Below the pieces are notes generated by a model that did no database searches, was not told the DNA's origin, and saw only the letters and a program-made list of their open reading frames with translations. Below are positions 39,305-50,370 of a DNA stretch of 64,000 nt, piece after piece; the stretch's first letter is position 1; every line of letters starts with the position of its first letter. The DNA is from Paraspadella gotoi (taxonomy: Eukaryota; Animalia; Chaetognatha): positions 14,602,051 to 14,666,050 of the forward strand of contig CM119270.1 in the NCBI GenBank assembly GCA_051294375.1. Direction: 5' to 3'. A program made the translations under genes and the position numbers.

Positions 39305-40056
39305 ACGCCGACCATGTCTCCCCCACTTTCGCCGGCGTCAACGGATTGGCCTCCGCCTCTCAATCTTCGCCTCGACGCGCTTTCGTCGAAGAGCGCCGAA
39401 ACACTGCGACGCCAGTTGACGACGAAAAACTCGACGCCACCGACGACGACGACGAAACTGTCCGGGTCTTCCCTACGAATCGGCGACGTAACGACGCCGG
39501 TCTCCCTCGATCCATGTCGGCGCTGCGATCCCGCGAACTCGAAGACAAAACCGGCGTCGCGCCGACGGAAAATCAAAGCAACGTCGTCTTTGAAAACGGC
39601 GCTGTTCTTTACGACATCGCCGGTCGCCCAATGTCGGCGCTGCGTCGGCCAGATCACGTCGGCTTCCTAGGACTCTGTCAAGTCGGCGGCGCCGTGATAA
39701 GCGAAAATGGCGTCGGCGGCGCCGGCCGAACTAAGCGGGTGAGATTCAGCGACGTTGTCAGCGAAGTGGGCGCGCCCATCTCGGGCGTTGCGGACCCGAC
39801 GCTGACGACGTCGACGATGACGGCGCCCAAGGCGAACAGAACGATATCATCGGGAAGTCTGACGCCGCTTTGGGAAACCGATGCCGCGACGACGACGCCT
39901 CCTGTGGCAAACGGCGCGCCAAACCGACGAGATGGCACCGGGTCGAGAAAGACGCCTAGCCAAGGAGCGACGCCTCGTGATTCGGCGCCGGAGGTCGGAG
40001 ATATCCTGCGCAAGACGGTCAGATACTCTCGTCATTACATGGGAGATCCGAAGTGA
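39000..40056 (+). CDS. Two-exon 279-aa low-complexity protein with N-myristoylation and RVxF motifs
   Basis: Exon 1 39000-39085 (MGTSGSKNTKLEEEKSKKQQHQNGIAGH, AG|gtaaat) splices in phase 2 to exon 2 39303-40056, which follows (CT)n-AG and continues into ORF 39346-40056. It contains TKRVRFSD. Confidence 0.75.
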
Positions 40057-40967
40057 CTAAATATCATCCGGAGACTACGATGGCGACAAAATGAACAAAA
40101 GGCGTTCTTTTCCGGATGTAATTAAGCGATATTGAGTTTTTAGAGATTAGACTTACAGTATTTGTAAAAAATTGTATTGAATTTGCTTGGCTCACAAATA
40201 AGTCACGACTTGCAGAAAATAATCTTTAACTTACATTTTATTTACTTTCCGTAAGTTTCCTGATTTCTTAGTACATAGTCAGCAATGACATTTGATAAAT
40301 TACAGTCGGCAGGATATAATATATTGTGCTTTATAGAGAATACCAATTATATTATATTTTTATAGTCTCCTTTATCCAAATCTAAATAGATAAGTGAAGG
40401 TAAACTGTACCTAGCAATTTAAAAGAGGTAACGAAAACCCGAGAGTTTGTGTGAAATTTTATTTTGCAGGCGAATTTGAGATTTTCCGCTGTACAAATGT
40501 ATCCTTAATAATTAATACGGCAAAAAACGTTTCCATATTCGTGTAAAGTACTTAAATTAGTCACGTACTTTTAAACAACAATCTATCTTAATTTTTAAGC
40601 ATAAAAAGTTATATTTAGTTTTTTTCTTCAAAATATAATATATAAAAAAGGACTGAAAGTACATGATTATCATGACAGCGTTTGAACACCATGATTAAGT
40701 TGTTGAAATACTGGCAATATGTTTTCATACAAATTTTGTGTAGTGTTTGTCAGATAGAATGCAAAAAGCTGAATTCTATCCGTTGTCAAGATGTAGTATT
40801 ATTGATAACACTATTCTAAATCTAAATAGTTATGCAGTGGTGTTAATAGTCATATTCAAAGTTTAACAAAAAAATTTTATGATCAAGTGAAACGATCAAT
40901 TTAATTTCACGGGCTAATTAATAATTATTATAAGGATTACAAATTATTATTACAGGTTCCTTCAAAT

Positions 40968-41163
40968 TAGATAAGTAATCATTACAGTGATAAACGTTTG
41001 TAATAAATAAATCAACAGTAAAATAGCAACATGATAAGTAAAAATTATTAAAATCATCTCTTTTAGATAACTAAAAATTACACTCACTTCAGGTAGATAA
41101 CTAGGTATTATAACAAGTTCATAGATAAGTAAGTATTACAGACATCAGGTTTGTAGATAATTA
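40968..41163. repeat. Degenerate ~31-bp-period array with TAGATAA(G/C)TA..ATTA cores
   Basis: Cores at 40968, (41001, degenerate), 41031, 41064, 41094, 41122 and 41154. Confidence 0.65.
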
Positions 41164-41260
41164 AGAAAAAACAAACTCAATGATATTTTCCAAATCTAAT
41201 ATGAGTGAAAAATAGTGATTCTACCACTGACATGAATAACCAAGTTGAAAAATTATTAAT

Positions 41261-44200
41261 TTATTCATTCCAACCCATTACTTTACATAGTTTTCCATAC
41301 AAATAATCACATATCTCTAATTCATTTTGCATTCCATCATTTATTCCTTGACAGTCGGCATAGGCATCATTAAGAATAGCCATAAACATGGTCATTAGAT
41401 ACATATAAACAAAAACCATAAATGTGAAGAAGACAATTGGCCCAAGGACAGCATTTGCACCTTCAAGTTGACCAAAATCAAAGTCACCGAGCAATAAAGC
41501 AAGCAATGTCTGAATTGCTCCCAAGAAGCCACTGTATGATCCAAGGTAAGCTCCAAAAATAAGGTAGGAAGCTTGCGCATAAGCCATAAATACTATGCCG
41601 AACATGATCATGAACAATCTTAGATCTGTGACTGATCTACTTAATGTAGATGACAGCAGTGCTATACGTTTATTGAACCGCAACAAGCGCAAAAACTTTA
41701 TAGTGGCAACATAGCAAAGCAAGGCAAGAATAGTAACATATGTTTCGTCCCAAAGTGCAATAGTGTTGAAATTTACAAAAGCATTTGAACATTTTTCTTC
41801 CTGTAACATGGCCATAGCAACATGTGCAAACATATGTCGCATAATATACATGCCAATACCAATGAGGGATAAGAGAAGAACAAGAAATTCCATCAGATTC
41901 CAGAAAGATTTGAAATATTCACATCGTAATTTTATTATTTTCTTGACTTCTTTCACCAGGAAAGTTATGATGAATATGACATAAATAAGCTCTCCAATCA
42001 TAACCAAAGTTCCAACGGCACCAACATAACTGTGAAGCCTAAAAACTTTAATTGCTTCCATATGTGAGATACCGCCCATTGAATCAATTTCAGCCAGCAT
42101 TGTAACTGAAGCAAACAAATTCTTATTAGCATTGTAAAGTGTAAACTCAATGAATACTGCGCGAGTGTGGGGATCGAGCCAACCCCTTTCCTTCATTTTT
42201 GCCAATTTTTCAAGGTTTTCTTCAGCAGTGTGAGCGTCAAGAGTAAACACATAACCGCCTCCTTTGTAATTATTTAATTTTCCAAAGAATGGAGCATTTT
42301 TTAGCATGATACTATCTTTGTAAACCCATGGTGATGTCTCTTTTTCAATTACGTCATCTTTCTCATCATTTTTTAGCTTCCCAAAAGTTTCATTGAACTT
42401 GTATGGTGCCCTCCAGCCCATTTTTTCATCATATGGTTTAGTATCGTCATCATTCCAATTATACTCGTCTCTACAGAAATCAAACAAATGAGCCATCTCA
42501 CTATGAGCCGTGCAACTGCCATTTTTTACACGCATTTGGCGAATTCGAGCTGGTCCTATTCGGGTAAAGTACCATTCAGCAGTTTGAAGCCTTTCACGCC
42601 ACTTTAATTCCTTTCCATTGTACCAAGGACCACGATAAAGGTTGGGAATTAAATTTTTCTCTAAAAATTCGTAAATCTTATCAGTTGAGCTTGTATCATG
42701 CCAAGCTGGAGACGAAGTTTCAATAAAATTATTTTTAACCACATTCCACATCATGTTGCCTTTCGGATCACGGGTTTGATAAGCCAAGAACATTAAAATA
42801 AACAGGAACAGCAAATAAAAGGCAATTTCCTTCAGAACATTTTCAATTGCAACTTCAGTCATTCTCTTCTTTCTCGCGCCTTCTAAGGATTTCAGATCTA
42901 GAGGCTTTAGATTTTTATTTTCTTCCATCCTTGCATCCAGAATAGCTTTAACTTCCGGATCAGCTTCATCAACATTTCTTTTTTGGTTAGCCCGATATCT
43001 CTTCTTGGCTTGTTTTACTTCAGAGTTATCATCATCATCATCTTCTGGCTCAAACTCCTTTGGCTTTTTTATAACAGCTGCAAAAAATGCAGCTAAGAAC
43101 ATTATCTTTACTGGTTGTACAACAATGACGTTTTGGAAGATGGAGAGCAAAAAGGTAGTCATCCAACCATCTGCTTTTACCCGTCCCCATTGCATACTAT
43201 ATAGAATAACAAAGAAACCAGACATAAAGATGCTAAGGAATGCAATCAGATAGCCGATGTAAAGTGTCCAGTGTGGCCAAAATGCTGGCTTACCCTTCTT
43301 TTTCTTTTTATTTTTGTTCTGTTCTTCGGCAAATCTTTTCTCAAAATCATCTTCAGGCATATCATTTTCATACTTTTTCTTTTTGCGTTTCTCTTTAAAA
43401 TCATCAATCATGCCCTTTATCCCAGTCCGTTTTTCCATTTTAAACACTTGTTGATCCCCACTGAGTTTTTTCCATTGGTATTTTCTTGTATGTTTAACTT
43501 TTGTGGCAGCATCCATGTTAGCTGGACCAATGATGCTTTCCTTTGGTTTTGCTTTCTTAAAAATTGTCAGCAACAGCATTGAGGCTGGCATGACAACCAA
43601 AGTACCATAAATAGAAATTTGTAAAGTGGTTGAATTGATTATAATAGGTCCAATGACTATTTCAAAAGCGGGTTTCACCTCGTCCTGTCCATAAAACATA
43701 GCATTTGATATCATTGTTAAAAACATTAGAGAGACACAGCATGTTATTCGCTGGCAGCGAGTAAAATTACTTCTGGTTGGTCTTGAAAAAACTGAGTACC
43801 ATAAATGACCATCTGATAAATTTCGTCTTGCTGTAGTACTAAACATATGCTTAAAGTTGGTTAAATCTTCTGCTGATGAAACTGGAAGAATTCTTTCTAT
43901 TAGCCCGTCATCTTCTTCTACTGCCAACCATCTGTCACATAAGAAACAAAATTTTTCTCCTGTCTGTAAATCTTGAATCTGAATATTGTCGAGTTGCCAA
44001 CCAGCTGCCTTGCCTTTACCTGAATTATCATGCCAGATTCTCAAATAGGTTAATGGTCCTAAGCAATCATCCACTGTCAAAACATAATTTTGAATTGAGC
44101 CCTGATGAAAGGCATTTCTTTTACCATCTGCAAGTTTTCTGACACCAGTGTCAGCAAATTCTCCAGTTAGAACAAATCTAACTTTGCTAGATGTACCTGC

Positions 44201-47200
44201 ATTCTTCTTTGCACCAGTATTAACTGTGACAAGATAATGATAATTATCTGTTGGGAGATTATCTTCAAGTGGATGAGCAGCCCATTTAAATAAGTCTTTC
44301 TGGTCTTGCTTTCGGGCCCATATTAAGGTTACGATATACAAAACAATACAAGTTATAACAACACTAAATGTAACAGGGTTATCTGAAACGCTAAAATTTG
44401 CAAATGCCTTACTAAAATCTATGGTATTTGGAGCAACGAACCCATCACCTCCAAAGGAAGTTAAATGAGTACATAAACATTGTGTGGCAGCAGCTGTTGA
44501 TTGAAATCCTACATAGCAGCCATCACCCTTCCACGATAAAGAATGCTCATCAAAGAACCGGCATCCACTTTGCCACATAACCATTTTGAAAGAAATGTTT
44601 TGGCTTTTAAATGGTAATTGAATATCCCCACTGATAAGTCTTACTCCAATATAATATGTCCCATTTGTAGTATTTAGGTTTGACAGCATAAATGAATGTT
44701 TAAACTCATGTACCTTGGTATCTGAAAATCCTTTGATCTCATCGGTGGTAAAATGCTCTTCAAGTTCTCTAGGTAAAACTACTCTATAATCATAGTCTTC
44801 TCCATCAAGAGTGTTGTTTCCATACCGAATTCTAATTTCATATTTATGACTTGGTTCAGGATATTCCATTGCAATATGTATAGAAGAATCATTGGATGTG
44901 AGGATTTGCATGTGAACCTGAAATTCGCTTTTTAGGGATGTGATATATGTAAAGTTATTCAAAACTGGAATTTCCGCTACCCCTTTTTCAACCATTATCT
45001 TGATCGGTTCCTTTAAGTCTTTAACCTTGTAAGGTTTTCCATCTTTATCTTTAAACTCTAAGGCTTGTACTTTAGATTTAACCATGGAAGCTGAAGGTGT
45101 AAATGCAAATGGATTGTTTGTATTTTCCTGTTGTGCACTGTTCATTGTTTCATTTGAATCACCAAACATATCATTGGGCATCTGAAAACCACCTTCATCT
45201 TCACCACCTCCTGTGTTATTAGCTAACGAAGCAGGATCAGCCTTCATCAATTTCATTTTAAGATTTGGAGTTTCCATTTCTTCTGGTTCACCCTCTCCCA
45301 TTTTTCCTCCAACAGTATCAGCTATCGGTCCAGATGCTCCAGCAGCTTTTAATGACATATCTTTTTCTGCTTCTTTGGCTTTTGCATCAGCTTCTTGTTG
45401 AAGCTTTGCAGCAATTTCGTGCCTTAGTTTAATCTCACAAGGATGATCCCTGCCTTCAGGGTCATCATATTTTTTTATCCAATACAAAGGATCATCCATC
45501 TCATCTTTTTCTTCTTGGCTAATTTCTGCTTCTTCTAACGCCTTCTGTCGAGGATCTTCCGCAGGTTTTGATGTGAGTTTATTGGCTCCTTGTGTATTTC
45601 CAACAGCCCCAAGCATTGATTTGCCAATATCTTTTGTTCCATCTTTGTCAACATCTTTCAGTTTATCCCCCATTTGTCCTGACATAGAACCAACAGCGTT
45701 AGCCGATTTTCCCTGAGTGTTTGGATCTACTTCATCCTCGGCACTAGTTACACCATCCAATGCTCCTGTAGCTTTTCCCATAAAGTCACTATTCATAATA
45801 TCATCAGTTGCATTACCTTCTTTTGGTACAGAGTTTCTATCAATGCAATCAACAAATTTTCCCCGGACTTGTGTCTTTTTGTCTTTTACAGAGGAGGCGT
45901 CTTCATTCTCAGCTCCACCAATTGTTCCACTGTTAAGTGCCCCAGTGGATGCTGCTATAATATTTAAAGCTACATTGGGATCTCCGTTCAGTAATTCGTC
46001 GAGTTTATCCAAATCATTTAGATCTATGATGCCAGAGCCATCTACATGAATTACCTGTATGAATGAACTGTAACGGTTTTCTTTGAGAATAAGGACCTCT
46101 AAATATACAGGTTCTGCTGATGATATTTCTTGCATTTTAATTGTTATCTCACCGTTACCATCATACCAAAAGGCATTCTTCTTTTGAGCCAATTTTGGAT
46201 CAAAACATTCACCAAAATCCCCAAGTTTTAAAGGAACTCGATTAGTATCCTCAAAGATTATGCTACTTTCATTTATTTTTACCATAGGTTGTGCTTTCAT
46301 AAATCTTTTATTCTTTTCTTTATAGCAAAATACATAAATTTTAACCCCCTCAAAACCATCTGCAACGTCAGCATCTCCAGTATCTAAGATATTAATTGTC
46401 ATGTTATCAAAGAAGCGATATTCAGTTTGATTGCCTCCCTTTAGATGAGCAGTCAATGGAGTAGGTGTAACTTCAAAAAAAATATCTTGTTTAGAACTTT
46501 TTGAAACATCATCTTCATAAAACGTTATCAAAGATGCTTGATAAACACCTAGTGTAAGACTATGTGACGTTGGTAAACCTTGGGTAGAGTTTTCGGGGGA
46601 TTCATAATCTTCTGTATTAACACAATACTCATCCAAGGATTCTGCACCATGACTGGTTAACTTAAATAACTTCCACGCATAGCCAACTGCCTTATCAGGG
46701 CTACACGACACTATTTCTGGCTTAAAGTCAATGTTTTTTGAGTAAAAAACCTGAAAAGGCGAAATTTCACTAGAGTCAAGCGGAATGCCATTCATAAAGG
46801 TTACTTTAGGTGGATGACACGAATCACTTTTCTTTTCTCCTACAAAAACTGGAGGGCACATAGTAAAAGATTTTTCATTAAAAGTGTTACTGACTGTTAG
46901 TGTAACAGGATATTTTCCAGGATTTTTATACCGATATTCAACATTCAGAGTTTTCAGATTTTCAGCAATTTCAATGCTATCCCCAGCCTTGACAGCTATG
47001 GTTTTCGTTCCATCAACAGCCGATCGCTTGTGGCGGGAAAAATCAGAGCCGTGAGTATAAAGAACCACTATTCCTTGATTATCGCCAAAGTCAATAGAAA
47101 AGTTTAAGGGTGACCCATGGGGACTTTCTAGCCTTAAGATAAGAGGTTCGTCAATTGAAATTCTAGTGTTTGTCGAATGAACATAGGTACTCTGAATGGC

Positions 47201-48642
47201 TTCTCCCAGTCGAATGGATTTGGATGATGTATATTTGTGTAATCCATTGCCAATCTTTGAGTTTATCCTATAATCTGCATAATTTTTAAATTTATGCTCA
47301 TAAGTGAATGTTTGGGCACCGGGTGTAGTCTGTTCGAATTCTTTTTCTATTGTTTCGGTCAAAAGATCGTTTTCATAAATATCGAAAGTTGCCAAAACTT
47401 TTGCTGGAACCTCATTAATTCCACTTACTTTCACTACGAATGGAACAGGAGATGACATGTAACTTTGATCGTCAATAGTGACATCAACGTTAGTAATCAT
47501 CTCCTCAACAACTATAGTTTCTTCGTGCTCCCAAATATCTACTAAGTTAGCTACTTGAATTTTAAACTTGTAAGTTCCAGTTTTGCTGTAGGACTTGCTT
47601 CGCTCAATGTTCTTTTTAGCCATAACTTCAGTTGCTGTCAGCGTCTCAGTCTGGCCATCGCCAAAGTCCCACACAATATCAAAACGTCCATCTTCCTCAA
47701 TTTTCAAATCAAAATCCAGTTTTGAGCCTAAGAGAGCATTAACGATGGGGCCATTGTGTTGCTTCACCTTAAAATCGACCTTGTGAATTTTTTTCTGCGC
47801 AATGAGAGCGAATGTATCGAGCTCAGCATCCCCAGAGAAGATTGACATGCGATGTTCACCAACACAAGTCACGAAACCATGGTCTAAAAGTACGTAAGTA
47901 CTCTTTTCGTGATATGGTTTTTTAACACCATCCAAAGTAATATCAAGGGCTAACCCATCAACGTGCTGAGGAGGAATGTCTATCCTTAACGAATTACGCT
48001 CGTGGTCATCAATGACGTATTTCATAACTTCCGAAGGAGCAAAACTAGTTATTACGTCACGAACAATAATATCGTTGCGTGCTTCCTTTTTACTAAATTT
48101 ATTTTGGCAAGTCGCTATTATGGTATATTGTCCCTCCTCCGCGTAAAGGTGATTCGTTGTGAAAATTTTCCCGGCTTCCGTTATGACCTCCTCGGTGACC
48201 TTGGAGTTGTCGCCGTAACCAATGATGCAATTGATGTCGGGGCCACCGTGAACCGCGACCTCGACGTCGACGGACATTTTCTCCTTACCCGGAGTCGTGA
48301 TTATCTTAAGATATTCCACTTTCACGTGGTGATCCTCTTCGGTCACTTGGATGTTGATCAGTTTGGTGACCGAGTCTTCGAGAAGAGAAGCCGTGAACTC
48401 GACTACGTACGTCCCCGGGGTCGTCCAGGTGTAAGGAACCGTCTCATCGGGGGTCACTATTCTCTCGAGGGAAACTACTGCGGGGTCGTTGAACTTGGCC
48501 GAGATCTTGGTTCCCCGAGGGAAGGTCCCGATCGCGGAGAAGCTGGCCGTGTGTCCCGCCTCCAGTTTTGTGGTGGATGCATCGATCGTGAAATCGGGGA
48601 GACTGACGTGCGGTTGGATCGGGTCGACCGAGATAAAGTCTC
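41261..48642 (-). CDS. PKD1L: Polycystin-1-like (PKD1L/REJ family) protein, 7,382-nt terminal exon
   Basis: 2474-aa ORF containing PKD repeats (WDFGDG, IDFGDN), a REJ-like region, a GPS motif (CRFFDEHSLSWKGDGC..TQCLCTHLTSFG), TM1, a PLAT/LH2 domain (YLVTVNTGAKKNAGTSSKVRFVLTG..YLRIWHDNSG), further TMs and a polycystin channel domain (WLDPHTRAVFIEFTLYNANKNLF; IKFLRLLRFNKRI). Acceptor tttctcag on the minus strand ends at 48643. Confidence 0.95.
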
Positions 48643-48841
48643 CTGAGAAACGGGAGAGAACGGAATGAGATGTGAATTGTGGCAAAAGAAACGGGCAAAT
48701 GCAATGACATCAAAACTATAGAGGTTTTTTTTTTTTAATCATTTTCTTTCCTTGTAGAGACATGGAGAAAAGGAAAACAATTTAAATAATTTAATACTTA
48801 GTATATTTATCAATAAAAACGTGCGTTAAAAATCATCTCAC

Positions 48842-49349
48842 CAGCGTCAGCTTTCACTTCGGCCTCGGTGAATTCCTTCTCAGAAATGTCCAACTTCATT
48901 ACGTGTAAATCCGGAAGCGTTTTCGGTTTGGGTCCGTCGTTCCTGAGATGAGATGTTAATTACTTATTTAATGACATCTTGGGAGGTTTATCAGGTATGC
49001 GGTTCTAAAGAAAAGATTGTAAGAAAAAAAAAATTAACATTCTCAAAAAAATTGATTTAACGGAATAAAAATGAAAATCCCAATCTAATTTGGATTAAAA
49101 ATGAAAATCCAATTCTAATTTGGATTAAAAAGCGGGAAATGACGTTCTCCTTCAAAATCTACGTTGAGTTCCCCGTAAGTCAACCCCCAACACTCACCTG
49201 TAGCCGATTGTGAGATAAGGGTAAAGATCAAGATATCAACCCTCAGCCACGAATCGAGTCTCGGCCGTCGCGTCCTTCGCTACCAATTGTCCATTGGCGT
49301 AGACCTGAACGGAAAGCCGCGAATGGCTTCATCGTCAGCGTCGTAATCG

Positions 49350-49426
<77 letters not shown>

Positions 49427-50370
49427 GAATCAAACCTTGAGCGCCTCTCCCTTTTTCCACGTGAACACGATCCTCATCTCCAGATCGCGTTTAAGCTTCG
49501 CCTCCGCCTCCCATCGGTCCGTCCCGTCGGCGACGACGAAGGCGTGGCGCCCGTGGCGGTGCCATAGTCGACGACGACGACGCCGCTCGAAAGCGGCGTC
49601 TGAGCGCCGGTGGAGAGAACGACGCGCTCGCCCGGCGTCGAGTCTAGGGACGCCGCCTGGTAACTGAGGGGCGAAAAGGGTTCGGAGATGAATGTTAGTT
49701 TGTTATTTATATATTCATTCATTCATTCATTCATTCATTCATTCATTAACTGATTCATTGTTGATCTATGTATACATCTATTTATTTATCTTTTATTCTA
49801 TTATTCATTTATTTATATTTATTTTATTTTATCATTTATTTTGTTATTTAGTTATCTTATTATTTATAGATTCTAATTAATCAAGTAATTGATTATTTTT
49901 ACCTTATTGGTTATTAACTAATCGGTCATACATTTATGAAAAACTAAAGAATAAATGGTTTTTTTATAATTTCGTTTATAATAATATATCCCCTTTTTCA
50001 CTCGTGTACTCACTTAAAAGCGTATGTGAATCCATCGCTGCACTTTTTCACGTTCCCCTTGCAGACGTGGGGCCAAGCGTCGAGCTCGAGATCGAAACCG
50101 AGTTGAGGGACGACGGTGGCGTCGGCGCTGCCTTGCCGCTGGGCCCGGCGATGGTGAGAAATCACTGGAAAGAAGAAAGGCGAGTATTCGACGTCAGGCC
50201 GAGTCGGTGAGGTATACTCATCATTCACAAAATAACGTTTTAATCTTTGATTCAACAAAAAAAACCGGTATTACTTCTTTTTTTTTGGGTTACCAATTAT
50301 GGGATTAACTTACCCAGCACGAAGGCGTACTTCATGCCCAATCAGATTCGAAAGTTGCACAAAGTCCAAT
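48842..50370 (-). CDS. PKD1L: Upstream exons of the PKD1-like gene encoding a pentraxin/LamG-like domain (with disablements)
   Basis: Exons 50314-50370, 50014-50164, 49436-49663, 49198-49304, 48842-48942: VCKGNVKKCSDGFTYAF..VVLSTGAQ..SSG..RIVFTWKKGEALKVYANGQLVAKD..LTIGY..LDISEKEFTEAEV. The last two exons splice in phase to the large exon. There is an in-frame TGA at 49236-49238 and a frameshift near 49570. Confidence 0.7.
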
